NCBI GenBank assembly: GCA_035063585.1
Contig: JAPSGB010000003.1
Location: 390,365 to 454,364, forward strand
Direction: 5' to 3'
Length of the DNA: 64,000 nt
Origin: Polyangiaceae bacterium
GTDB lineage: Bacteria > Myxococcota_A > Polyangia > Polyangiales > Polyangiaceae
Made by a program: the position numbers and the translations under genes. Under the pieces are notes generated by a model. It did not search any database. It was not told the DNA's origin and saw only the letters and a list, made by a program, of their open reading frames with translations. Shown piece by piece: positions 40,802 through 49,838 of this stretch. Each line of letters starts with the position of its first letter. Position 1 is the stretch's first letter.

Positions 40802-41212
40802 ATGGTCGTCGAAGAAGTCATGTCCCGCGATCCGATCGCCGTCGAGGTCACCGAGAGCATCGGACAGGCGCTCGCGAAGCTCGCGGAGGCCGATATCCGG
40901 CATCTTCCCGTGGTGGAGGATGGCGCCCTCGTCGGGATCGTCAGCGACCGCGATCTCCGCGCCTTCACCCCCGCTGCCCTGACCGAGTACGAGCGGCCCG
41001 ACGTGGTCCGGGAGCGGCTCGACCAGGCGGTCGCGACCGTCATGGCGGCGGACGTGTTCTCCGTGGATCCGGAGGCGGAGCTCAGCGAGGTCGTCGAGCT
41101 CATGCTCGACCACAAGGTGGGCGCGGTCCCGGTCGTGGAGCCCGACGGGTCGCGGCTGGTCGGCATCGTGAGCTACATGGACGTGCTGCGCGTCCTCGCC
41201 GACCAGCTCTGA
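40802..41212 (+). CDS. CBS-pair protein
   Basis: IRHLPVV..LVGIVSDRDL and VGAVPVV..LVGIVSYMD; SD AGGAG. Confidence 0.9.
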   Translation: MVVEEVMSRDPIAVEVTESIGQALAKLAEADIRHLPVVEDGALVGIVSDRDLRAFTPAALTEYERPDVVRERLDQAVATVMAADVFSVDPEAELSEVVELMLDHKVGAVPVVEPDGSRLVGIVSYMDVLRVLADQL

Positions 41213-41231
41213 GCGACGCGCGCCGGCTCCA

Positions 41232-42353
41232 TCAGCCGGCGAAGGCGCCGGGGCGCTCGTCGCCGAAGCAGAGCCCGAGGTCCCGCGCCGACTGCACCAC
41301 GTTCGAGTCGAGCGGGACCTGGCGGAGGCCCCGCGTCGCTTCGTCGAGAGGCACGAAGCGCGGGGCCCCGCCGCGCATGGCGACCATCCCGCTCCCATCC
41401 GCCTCGGCCAGCATGCGGGTCGCCGCGCAGCCGAGCTGCAGCGCGAGCACCCGATCGGCGGTGACCGGCGAGCCGCCGCGCTGCAGGTGGCCGAGCACCA
41501 GGCTGCGCGTCTCCTTGCCGGTCTTCTCGGCGATTTCCTGCGCCACGAGCTCGGCGATCCCGCCGAGGCTCTGTCCTCGCTCCTGTCCGCGGTGGACCGA
41601 CTTGAAGAGCGCTTCCCCCCCCACCGGATGCGCGCCCTCCGCGACCACCACGATGGAAAAGGTGCGTCCGGCCCGCTCCCGCTGCGCGATCTTCTCGGCG
41701 ACTCGGTCGAGCTCGAAGGGAATTTCCGGGAGCAGGATCACGTCGGCGCCGCCCGCCAGCCCGGAGTAGAGCGCGATCCAGCCCGCGTCGCGCCCCATCA
41801 CCTCCACCACCATGACGCGCTCGTGCGCCTGCGCGGTGGTGTGGAGCTTGTCGATCGCGTCGGTCGCGGTGGTGATCGCCGTCTCGAAGCCGAAGGTGAC
41901 GTCGGTGCCGGCGAGATCGTTGTCGATGGTCTTCGGGACCGCCACGACCCGTGGCAGCCCGCGGGCGAGCAGGTCCGCCGCCAGGCGAAGCGAGCCGTCG
42001 CCGCCGAGCGCCACCAGCGCGTCGAAGCCGCGCGCGATGAACCGCTCGACGAGGAGCGCGGACAGATCGGCGCGCTCCCGCTGGCCGTCGCGGAGCACCG
42101 GGTAACGGAACGGATCGTCGCGGCTGGCCGCGCCGAGGATGCTCCCGCCCAGGTGGGTGATGCCGCGCACCGCCTCACGATCGAGCCGAACCAGCCCGTC
42201 GCCGTCGCCCTCGAGCAGACCTCGATAGCCGTGCCGGATCCCCCACACCTCCCAGCCTCGCTGGGTCGCGCTCAAGGTGACCGCGCGGATCACGGCGTTC
42301 AGGCCGGGAGCGTCTCCGCCCCCCGTGTTGACGGCAATCTTCCGGATGGTCAT
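41232..42353 (-). CDS. pfkA: 6-phosphofructokinase (PfkA superfamily, probably ATP-dependent)
   Basis: TGGGDAPGLN, GGDGS, PKTIDND, EVMGR and LGHLQRGG motifs. Confidence 0.85.
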   Translation of the reverse strand: MTIRKIAVNTGGGDAPGLNAVIRAVTLSATQRGWEVWGIRHGYRGLLEGDGDGLVRLDREAVRGITHLGGSILGAASRDDPFRYPVLRDGQRERADLSALLVERFIARGFDALVALGGDGSLRLAADLLARGLPRVVAVPKTIDNDLAGTDVTFGFETAITTATDAIDKLHTTAQAHERVMVVEVMGRDAGWIALYSGLAGGADVILLPEIPFELDRVAEKIAQRERAGRTFSIVVVAEGAHPVGGEALFKSVHRGQERGQSLGGIAELVAQEIAEKTGKETRSLVLGHLQRGGSPVTADRVLALQLGCAATRMLAEADGSGMVAMRGGAPRFVPLDEATRGLRQVPLDSNVVQSARDLGLCFGDERPGAFAG

Positions 42354-42365
42354 GGCGCGGACCAC

Positions 42366-42381
42366 AGCACATCTCGTGCCA
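42366..42381 (-). promoter_or_regulatory. Sigma54 -24/-12 promoter for pfk
   Basis: Minus strand TGGCAC-GAGAT-GTGCT with exact spacing, 12 nt before ATG 42353. Confidence 0.65.
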
Positions 42382-42454
42382 CTTGGCATGGCCGGCGCGG
42401 CGCCGGCCTCGTCGGCCATGCGCGAGGCGGCGAGTTGGGGTAGGGTTCCGTCGC

Positions 42455-42928
42455 ATGGCAGAAAAGGACTCGAGGAACGGCGCGGGCCCCGAGGACGGCG
42501 TCGACGCGATCCCCGTCTCCGGGATCAAGCCGCTGTGGCTCGGCCTCGGCGCGGGCGTGGTGCTGCTCGGCGTACTGGTGACGGCGGTCGTCAAGATGTC
42601 GAACCGCGGCCACACGCCGAAGCACGACGACACCTCGGAGCAGGCTGCGCTCCAAGAGGCCGAGCAGAAGAGCGAGGACGCCAAGGAGCAGAAGGAGCAT
42701 CTGCTCACGACTCAGCGGAGCCTCGCGCGGCTCGCCGAGGAGCAAAAGGCCGCGGCGGCGGCCTCTGCGGCGGCGGCCGCGCAGGCCGAGCAGGCGCACC
42801 CGGTCGCGGCGGCGCCGGTCGGCGGCGGAGCAGGGCCCGCGCCGGCCGCCGCGAAGCCCAAGCCGAACCCGAAGGCGGCGTCGAAGCTCGACAGCATCGG
42901 CGACGACATCGCCGGCCAGCTCAAGTAG
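42455..42928 (+). CDS. Hypothetical single-pass membrane protein
   Basis: One TM helix, coiled coil and Ala/Pro-rich tail; host-like codon usage. Confidence 0.65.
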   Translation: MAEKDSRNGAGPEDGVDAIPVSGIKPLWLGLGAGVVLLGVLVTAVVKMSNRGHTPKHDDTSEQAALQEAEQKSEDAKEQKEHLLTTQRSLARLAEEQKAAAAASAAAAAQAEQAHPVAAAPVGGGAGPAPAAAKPKPNPKAASKLDSIGDDIAGQLK

Positions 42929-42937
42929 CGCTCGAGC

Positions 42938-44056
42938 TCACTCGACCACGACGAGCGGTAGCTTCAGCTCTCGGGGCTGGTTTCCGCTCACCACCTGCAC
43001 CGACACGATCTCGCCCGCGTGGCGACCGTCGAGGAGCCGGTAGAGGTCGTCGTAGGTCGTCACGGGGGCGCCATCCACGCCCACGATGACGTCGCCGATC
43101 ACGTAGTCCCCGCCGTTCGAGCGCACGCCGCGGAGCCCGGCCCTCTCCGCGGGCGAGCCGGGCATCACGTCGAGGACGACCACGCCGCGGAGGCCGAGCT
43201 GGCGCTCGAGGCGCTGCCGCGGATCGATCCGGACGCCGAGCCCAATCTGCTCGACGCGACCGGACCTGATGAGCTGCGGCACGATCTTGTCGATGGTGCC
43301 GATGGGGACCGCGAAGCCGATCCCCGCCCACGCGCCGCTCCGCGAGAGGATCATGGTGTTCATGCCGATCAGGCGTCCGGAGCTGTCGAGCAGCGGGCCG
43401 CCCGAGTTGCCCGGATTGATCGCGGCGTCGGTCTGGATCATGTCGCGGATGGCGACCCCGCCGATCCCGTTCACCTCGCGCCCGAGCGCGCTGATGATCC
43501 CGCTCGTGAGGGTGTGGTCGAGCCCGAAGGGGTTCCCGATGGCGATCACCTTCTGGCCCACTTCGAGGGGCGGCGCGGCCTCGTAGCGGGCGATCGGCCG
43601 GAGGCGTCCGGTCGGCACGTCCACCCGCACCACCGCGATGTCCTTGCGCGGCTCGACGCCGACCACCACCGCCGGATAGGTCCGCTGGTCCTGCAGCGTG
43701 ACGGTCAGCCTCTTGGCGCCGTCGACCACATGGAAATTGGTCACCACGTGCCCCTTCACGTCCCAGATGAAGCCCGAGCCGGAGCCGATCGGGACCTCGG
43801 TCGTCCCTCCGGCCATCGGGTCCGTCACCAGCTGCTGCTGGGTCACGAACACCGCCGAGGGCGCCGCGGCGCGAAACACCGCGATGGTGTTCTGCTCGTC
43901 CTCGGTGCGCGAGCCGGGGGGCGGCAGCGTCGGCGCGGCCGCGCTCGAGGCGGACGTCGCCGGCGCCGCGGGCGCGGACGGGGCCGGGACCGGGTGGCAG
44001 CTCACGATGGCTACCGCGAGCGCCACGAGCAGGGGAGGAGAAGGGCGAGCTCGCAT
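42938..44056 (-). CDS. HtrA/DegP-family serine protease with PDZ
   Basis: GSGSGF, TNFHV, DIAV, IQTDAAINPGNSGGPL and PDZ GSPA..AG. Confidence 0.95.
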   Translation of the reverse strand: MRARPSPPLLVALAVAIVSCHPVPAPSAPAAPATSASSAAAPTLPPPGSRTEDEQNTIAVFRAAAPSAVFVTQQQLVTDPMAGGTTEVPIGSGSGFIWDVKGHVVTNFHVVDGAKRLTVTLQDQRTYPAVVVGVEPRKDIAVVRVDVPTGRLRPIARYEAAPPLEVGQKVIAIGNPFGLDHTLTSGIISALGREVNGIGGVAIRDMIQTDAAINPGNSGGPLLDSSGRLIGMNTMILSRSGAWAGIGFAVPIGTIDKIVPQLIRSGRVEQIGLGVRIDPRQRLERQLGLRGVVVLDVMPGSPAERAGLRGVRSNGGDYVIGDVIVGVDGAPVTTYDDLYRLLDGRHAGEIVSVQVVSGNQPRELKLPLVVVE

Positions 44057-44133
44057 CGGCGAGTAGCTATGCCGCCGTGCGGCGGCGGCCGCAACTGCTC
44101 GCCTGGCCCCGGGATCCGCGCGATACTGCCGAG

Positions 44134-44469
44134 GTGGAGTCGCGCGCCCGCTTCGAGCACGTCGAGCCGTACCGGACTAGCCGGATCCGTGCAGACGGCG
44201 ACTTCGACCGGCTCGCCTTCGCGATGCGCGTCCTCGGCGTGCTACGCCCGCGCCGCGTGAAGGTGGCGGTCTATCGGCGGCTGCGTGAGCTCGAGGTCGA
44301 GCGGGGCGCGGATCTCGCGCACGAGGGCGCGTCGTGGGCGTTGGTGGGGATCCCGCCGGACGCCTCGCGGGAGCAGATCGCGTACGCGCTCGTCGAGCTC
44401 GCTGGACTCGAGCGCTCGCCGTTCTTGGTCGACGCGCTGGTGGCGCACGCCTCGCGTGAACGCGACTGA
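44134..44469 (+). CDS. Hypothetical protein
   Basis: Only protein-like frame in the gap; start uncertain. Confidence 0.5.
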   Translation: MESRARFEHVEPYRTSRIRADGDFDRLAFAMRVLGVLRPRRVKVAVYRRLRELEVERGADLAHEGASWALVGIPPDASREQIAYALVELAGLERSPFLVDALVAHASRERD

Positions 44470-44552
44470 GCCAGGGGTTGCCGGTCCGGCGCGAGAGCTC
44501 GCGGCGAGCCACCGCGTTGCGGGACCATCTCGCGTCGGGTAAGAGGAGGCGC

Positions 44553-45326
44553 ATGCGTGGAGCCCTCGCCGTCGCGCTCGCCCTCGCGGCCGGTGCGGCA
44601 CGCGCAGAGCCCGCGCCCGAGCCTCCCCGGCCGGCGACCGCTCCCGAGGCGACGCCGTGGTGCGCGCCGGAGCTCGAGGCGCTCGCCGACGGGCTGTGCA
44701 GCTACGCGCCCGAGGGCGAGTCGGCGACGCGCACGCTCGTCGTCTTCCTCCACGGCGTCATCAAGCCGGACACCACCTGGCAGTACGCGCAAGAGCGCGC
44801 CATCGTGCGCGGCGCCAAGCGCCACGGCTTCTCGGTCATCATGCCGCGCGGCCGGCGCGGAATCGGCCCGAAGGGCATGCAGGACTTCTTCACTTGGCCG
44901 ACCTCCGTGAAGGCGCAGCGCGCCGTCGAGGCGGAGCTGCTCGCCGAGTGGTGGAGCGCGCGGGCAGCGCTCGAGGCGAGAAGCGGCCGACCCTTCGAGC
45001 GGGTCTACCTGGTCGGGTTCTCGAACGGCGCGTACTACGCCGCCTCGCTCGCGCTCCGCGGCAAGCTAGCGGTGGACGGCTACGCGCTCTTCGCGGGTGG
45101 GGCGGGCGCGCGGTACCTGGTGGGGCCCGCGAAGCACACCCGCCGTCGCCCTCCCATCTACGTCGGGTACGGCCTGAAGGATCCGGCGCACCACGATCCC
45201 GAGAGCCTCGCCCGCGCGCTCGACGAGCTCGGCTGGAGGCACCGCGCGCGCGCGCGTCGCGGGGTCGGCCACACCATGACCGACGCCGGGCTCGCCGAGG
45301 CGCTCGACTTTTTCCGCGGCCGTTGA
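44553..45326 (+). CDS. Secreted phospholipase/carboxylesterase-like hydrolase
   Basis: VFLHG, GFSNG elbow, GLKD and VGHT; SD AGAGGAGG. Confidence 0.75.
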   Translation: MRGALAVALALAAGAARAEPAPEPPRPATAPEATPWCAPELEALADGLCSYAPEGESATRTLVVFLHGVIKPDTTWQYAQERAIVRGAKRHGFSVIMPRGRRGIGPKGMQDFFTWPTSVKAQRAVEAELLAEWWSARAALEARSGRPFERVYLVGFSNGAYYAASLALRGKLAVDGYALFAGGAGARYLVGPAKHTRRRPPIYVGYGLKDPAHHDPESLARALDELGWRHRARARRGVGHTMTDAGLAEALDFFRGR

Positions 45327-45351
45327 GCGGTGCTATCCTCCGCGCCGTCAC

Positions 45352-46467
45352 ATGAAGACGGTCGGGATCGTCGGGTTTCGAGGCATGGTCGGGTCGGTGC
45401 TGGTCGAGCGCATGCGCGCCGAGCGCGACTTCGACGCCTTCGAGCCGCTCTTCTTCTCGACCTCGCAGGCGGGCGCGCGCGCGCCCGAGCTCGGTCGCGA
45501 GGTCGCGCCGGTCGCCGACGCGGGGGATCTCGACGCGCTCCGCAAGCTCGAGATCGTAGTGAGCTGCCAGGGTGGCGACTACACGAAGGCCGTTCACGGC
45601 GAGCTCCGCCGCTCGGGGTGGAAGGGCTACTTCATCGACGCCGCGTCCACGTTGCGGATGGAACCGGACGCGGTCATCGTGCTCGATCCGGTGAACCGCG
45701 CGCTCATCGATGCCGCCCTCGCGCGCGGCGTGCGGGACTTCGTCGGCGGCAACTGCACCGTCAGCCTGATGCTGATGGCCATGCACGGCCTCTTCGCGCG
45801 CGGCTGGGTCGAGTGGGTGAGCTCGATGACCTACCAGGCGGCGTCCGGCGCGGGCGCCCGGCAGATGCGCGAGCTCGTCCAGCAGATGCGCGTCCTCGCC
45901 GACGCCGGCGCGGAGCTCGCCGATGACCCGGCGAGCTCCATCCTCGAGCTCGACCGCGCCGTCGCGGCGGCCGCGCGCTCGGAGGCGCTGCCTCGCGCCG
46001 AGCTCGGCGCGGCGCTCGCCGGTAGCCTGATCCCGTGGATCGATCGCGCCGTCGACGGCGGGCGGACGCGCGAGGAGTGGAAGGGCTCCGCCGAGACGAA
46101 CAAGATCCTGGCGCTCGAGCCGCCGGTCCCGGTGGACGGGATCTGCGTGCGGGTCGGCGCCATGCGCTGCCACAGCCAGGGCCTGGTGGTGAAGCTCCGC
46201 GAGGACGTCCCGCTCGCGGAGCTCGAGCAGGCCGTCGGCACCGCGAATGACTGGGTGCGGCTGGTCGCGAACGACAAGGAGGCCACCCTCGCCGAGCTCT
46301 CCCCGGCCGCCGTCTCGGGGACGCTCGCGGTGCCGGTCGGGCGCCTCCACAAGCTCGAGATGGGGCCGACCTACCTCGGTGCGTTCACGGTCGGCGACCA
46401 GCTCCTCTGGGGCGCCGCCGAGCCGCTCCGGCGGATGCTCCGCATCCTGCTCGAGCACCTCGGCTGA
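45352..46467 (+). CDS. asd: Aspartate-semialdehyde dehydrogenase
   Basis: RGMVGSVL, CQGGDYT, GGNCTVSLMLM, YQAASGAGA and VGDQLLWGAAEPL motifs. Confidence 0.95.
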   Translation: MKTVGIVGFRGMVGSVLVERMRAERDFDAFEPLFFSTSQAGARAPELGREVAPVADAGDLDALRKLEIVVSCQGGDYTKAVHGELRRSGWKGYFIDAASTLRMEPDAVIVLDPVNRALIDAALARGVRDFVGGNCTVSLMLMAMHGLFARGWVEWVSSMTYQAASGAGARQMRELVQQMRVLADAGAELADDPASSILELDRAVAAAARSEALPRAELGAALAGSLIPWIDRAVDGGRTREEWKGSAETNKILALEPPVPVDGICVRVGAMRCHSQGLVVKLREDVPLAELEQAVGTANDWVRLVANDKEATLAELSPAAVSGTLAVPVGRLHKLEMGPTYLGAFTVGDQLLWGAAEPLRRMLRILLEHLG

Positions 46468-46597
46468 CCGCGCCGCCGGCCGCGCCGGGCCGACCGAGCC
46501 CCTCGGCGCGAGGTCGCGCGGCCCGAGGAGGCGCGCGAAACCGCTGAATTCATGGCGCCCATTGAAGCCGCCGCGAAGGTGTGGGACGTCCCGGCGC

Positions 46598-47164
46598 ATG
46601 GGCCTCGAGATCGATTTCTCGGAGTTCGCGGCGGCGCGCGTACGCGAGGCGGTCCGCGACTTGATGGAGCATGCGCCGCCGGCGCTGGTCCCGGCCGCGT
46701 CGCGGCTCGAAGCGGACGCGCACGCGGTCGGGCGCGACGACGCGAGCGCCGCGCGCTTCCAGTCGCTGCTCGAGATTGGCTACCTGGTCGCCTCGGCGGA
46801 CGGCTTCGCCGACGAAGAGCGGACCGCGCTCGCCGCGCTGCTCGAGTCGGTGCTCGGCGAGGCGTTCACGCACGACGAGCTCGACCTGCACTTCCGCGAT
46901 CTCGCCGACGGGGTGGAGATGCTCGGCCGCCGCGAGCGCATGCGGCGCGCAGCCGACGACTTCGACGATGGCCTGAGCCGCAGCGAGGCGCTCGGCTTCG
47001 CGACGCTGGTGGCGGTGGCCGACGGCGTGGTGGCCGCGCCCGAGGCCCGCGCGCTCGAGGAGCTCGGAGCCTTCCTCGGGCTCGGCTCGGACGAGGTGAC
47101 GCAGGCGGTGACCCGCGTGACGAGCGAGCTCGCTCGCCGGCTGCGAAGCGGAGGTGCCGCGTGA
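46598..47164 (+). CDS. TerB-like (tellurite resistance family) protein
   Basis: Twin motifs [12 protein letters not shown] and [12 protein letters not shown]...L..L...LGL. Confidence 0.75.
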   Translation: MGLEIDFSEFAAARVREAVRDLMEHAPPALVPAASRLEADAHAVGRDDASAARFQSLLEIGYLVASADGFADEERTALAALLESVLGEAFTHDELDLHFRDLADGVEMLGRRERMRRAADDFDDGLSRSEALGFATLVAVADGVVAAPEARALEELGAFLGLGSDEVTQAVTRVTSELARRLRSGGAA

Positions 47165-47739
47165 GCTTCGTCAACCACATGTCGAAGGAGATCAACTGTA
47201 AGATCGTCTATTACGGGCCCGGCCTGTGCGGCAAGACGACCAACCTGCAGTACATCTTCGAGAAGACGAGCCCGCAGGCGAAGGGCAAGATGATCTCGCT
47301 CGCCACCGAGACCGAGCGCACGCTCTTCTTCGATTTCATGCCGATCGATCTCGGCACCGTGAAGGGCTTCAAGGTGCGGTTCCACCTCTACACCGTGCCC
47401 GGGCAGGTCTTCTACGACGCGAGCCGCAAGCTCATCCTGAAGGGCGCCGACGGCCTCATCTTCGTGGCGGACTCCCAGCCCGAGCGCCTCGAGGCGAACC
47501 AGGAGAGCGTTGCCAACCTCGAGACGAACCTCGCCGAGTACAACCTGCGGCTCGACAGCGTTCCCTACGTCGTCCAGTACAACAAGCGCGACATGCCCAA
47601 CGTGGTGCCGGTCGACGAGCTCCGCGCCGCGCTGAACCCGCTCCGGGTACCGGACTTCGAGGCCAACGCGCGGCTCGGCCCGGGCGTGTTCGACACGCTG
47701 AAGGGGCTCTCCAAGCTGGTCCTCGGGCGGATGCGCTGA
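47161..47739 (+). CDS. mglA: MglA small Ras-like GTPase
   Basis: [35 protein letters not shown] and QYNKRD motifs. Confidence 0.92.
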   Translation: MSFVNHMSKEINCKIVYYGPGLCGKTTNLQYIFEKTSPQAKGKMISLATETERTLFFDFMPIDLGTVKGFKVRFHLYTVPGQVFYDASRKLILKGADGLIFVADSQPERLEANQESVANLETNLAEYNLRLDSVPYVVQYNKRDMPNVVPVDELRAALNPLRVPDFEANARLGPGVFDTLKGLSKLVLGRMR

Positions 47740-47761
47740 GGCGCGCGCGCCGGCCCCGGGC

Positions 47762-48967
47762 TCAGCGCGTGTCGAGCCCGTAGCGGCGGAGGATGCGCCG
47801 CGCGACCGCGTCGATGTGCACCTCGTCGGCGCCGTCGTAGATGCGCGCGGCCCGCTCGTGGGCGTAGAAATGGGCGAGCGGCGTGTCGTCGGTCATGCCG
47901 AGCCCGCCGAGCGTCTGCACGGCGCGATCGACCACGCGGCCGAGCGTGCGCGCCACGCTGAACTTGATGAGCGAGATCTCCTCGCGCGCGGCGGGCGCGC
48001 CCTCGCGCTCGATTTTCCAGGCGGCGTGGAGCACGCTGAGCCGCGCGGCGTGGATCTCGGCGCGGCTCTCGGCGATCCACTGCCGCACGATCTGCTGGTG
48101 GCCGAGCGCTCTGCCGGGAGCGAGCTCGCGGGTGGCGGCGTGCCGGCACATGAGGTCGAAGGCGCGCTCGCACACGCCGATCCAGCGCATCGCGTGGTGG
48201 ATGCGCCCCGGGCCGAGGCGCTCCTGGGCGAGCGCGAAGCCGGCGCCCTCCTCCCCGAGCAGGTTCTCGAGCGGGACGCGCGCGTCAGCGTAGCTCACCT
48301 CGCCGTGGCTCGCCCAGTCGCCGCCGCGCCCGCCCATGATCGAGAGGTTGCCGATGAGCTCGAAGCCGGGGGTGTCCGTCGGGACGATGAGCATGCTCGC
48401 GCGCCGGTGCGGCTCGGGCGCCTCCGGGCTCGTTACCGCCATGCAGATGGCGAAGGCCGCGCCGTCGGCGCCGGTCGAGAACCATTTGTGCCCCCGGATC
48501 ACCCAGGCCTCGCCCTCTCGTCGCGCGGTGGTCCCGAGCCAGACCGGGTTCGAACCGGCGAACTCGGGCTCGGTCATGGTGAAACAGCTCCGGAGCTCAC
48601 CCCGCGCGAGCGGCTCGAGGTAGCGCCGTCGCTGCTCGGGCGTGCCGAAGTGCATCAGGAGCTCCATGTTGCCGACGTCGGGCGCCTGGCAGTTGAAGAC
48701 GTAGTGGCCGAGCGGGCTCCGCCCGAGCTCCTCGCTCATATGCGCGAACTCGGTGAGCGAGAGCCCGGCGCCGCCGTGCGCTTCCGGCAGGTGGGCCGCG
48801 AAGAGCCCGGTCTCGCGGGCGCGCGCGCGCTTCATGCGAAGCTTCGGCAGCAGGGCCGGAAACCCGTCCCGCGCGAGCTCGGGCTCGAGCGGGAGGAGCT
48901 CGGTCTCGACGAAATCGTGGATGATGTCGCGGATCTCGCGGACCCGCTCGGAGGGGGTGAAGTCCAT
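47762..48967 (-). CDS. Acyl-CoA dehydrogenase (ACAD10/11-like)
   Basis: FNCQAPDVGNME, MTEP, GHKWF, RLGPGRIHH and RIYDGADEVH motifs. Confidence 0.92.
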   Translation of the reverse strand: MDFTPSERVREIRDIIHDFVETELLPLEPELARDGFPALLPKLRMKRARARETGLFAAHLPEAHGGAGLSLTEFAHMSEELGRSPLGHYVFNCQAPDVGNMELLMHFGTPEQRRRYLEPLARGELRSCFTMTEPEFAGSNPVWLGTTARREGEAWVIRGHKWFSTGADGAAFAICMAVTSPEAPEPHRRASMLIVPTDTPGFELIGNLSIMGGRGGDWASHGEVSYADARVPLENLLGEEGAGFALAQERLGPGRIHHAMRWIGVCERAFDLMCRHAATRELAPGRALGHQQIVRQWIAESRAEIHAARLSVLHAAWKIEREGAPAAREEISLIKFSVARTLGRVVDRAVQTLGGLGMTDDTPLAHFYAHERAARIYDGADEVHIDAVARRILRRYGLDTR

Positions 48968-49103
48968 GGCGTGCTCCGGGAGGCTGCCACATCTCGAGCC
49001 GCGCCGAGGCCTCCCTCGAGGGGGTGTCGGGGCGGCGCGGAATCCGCGGGGCGCGCGCCCGGGTGAGCCTCGTCAGGCCTCGGGTCCGCGCGCGCCCTCC
49101 CGC

Positions 49104-49115
49104 TGACCAAAGTCA
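49104..49115. promoter_or_regulatory. FNR/Dnr/HcpR-like box
   Basis: TGAC-CAAA-GTCA palindrome centred about 42 nt before ATG 49152. Confidence 0.5.
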
Positions 49116-49151
49116 TCGCCTCGCGCGAGGCCCGACCGCAGTCTCCCGCGC

Positions 49152-49820
49152 ATGGAAATCCTCGACGCCCGCACCATCGCGCCCGCCGTGCGACACACCA
49201 CGATCTTCGACACGTTCGACGCGCTGCCGGTCGGGGGGCGCTTCGTGCTCGTGAACGACCACTACCCGAAGCCGCTCCTTTACCAGTTCTTGGCCGAGCG
49301 CCAGGGCCAGTTCGAGTGGAACGTGCTCGAGGCGGGGCCTGCGCTCCACCGGGTGGAGCTCGTGAAGCGTGAGGATCCGGAGGCGCGCGGGGTGCTCGAG
49401 ATCTTGCAGGCCGATCACGAGCGGCTCGACGCGATCGCCGAAGAGCTCGACGAGAAGCTCGGCGCCGGTGAGGTCGCCGGCGCGCAGGGCCGGCTCGGCG
49501 AGCTCACCTGCGGCCTCGAGCGGCACATGCACGCCGAGGAGGCGGCGCTCTTCCCTGCCTTCGAGCGCGCGACCGGCATGGCCGGCGGCCCGATCCACGT
49601 GATGCTGCACGAGCACAACCAGATCCGTAACGATCTGGCCGGCATGGCGAGCGCGCTCCACTCGGGAGACGCCTCGCGCGCGAAGTCGACGCTCGCCAGC
49701 ATGATGTCGGTGCTCGCCGAGCACAACGCGAAGGAGGAGAGCATCATCTACGGGCGCACCGATCAGGCGCTCGACGATCGCGCCCGCGACGCGCTGGTGC
49801 AGCAGATCCTCACCGTCTGA
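49152..49820 (+). CDS. DUF2249 + hemerythrin-like domain protein
   Basis: LDAR....RH..IF..F..L..G....LVNDHYPKPL, then DH, HMHAEE..LFP, EH and HNAKEE. Confidence 0.85.
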   Translation: MEILDARTIAPAVRHTTIFDTFDALPVGGRFVLVNDHYPKPLLYQFLAERQGQFEWNVLEAGPALHRVELVKREDPEARGVLEILQADHERLDAIAEELDEKLGAGEVAGAQGRLGELTCGLERHMHAEEAALFPAFERATGMAGGPIHVMLHEHNQIRNDLAGMASALHSGDASRAKSTLASMMSVLAEHNAKEESIIYGRTDQALDDRARDALVQQILTV

Positions 49821-49838
49821 GCGCGAGCATCGCCGCGC

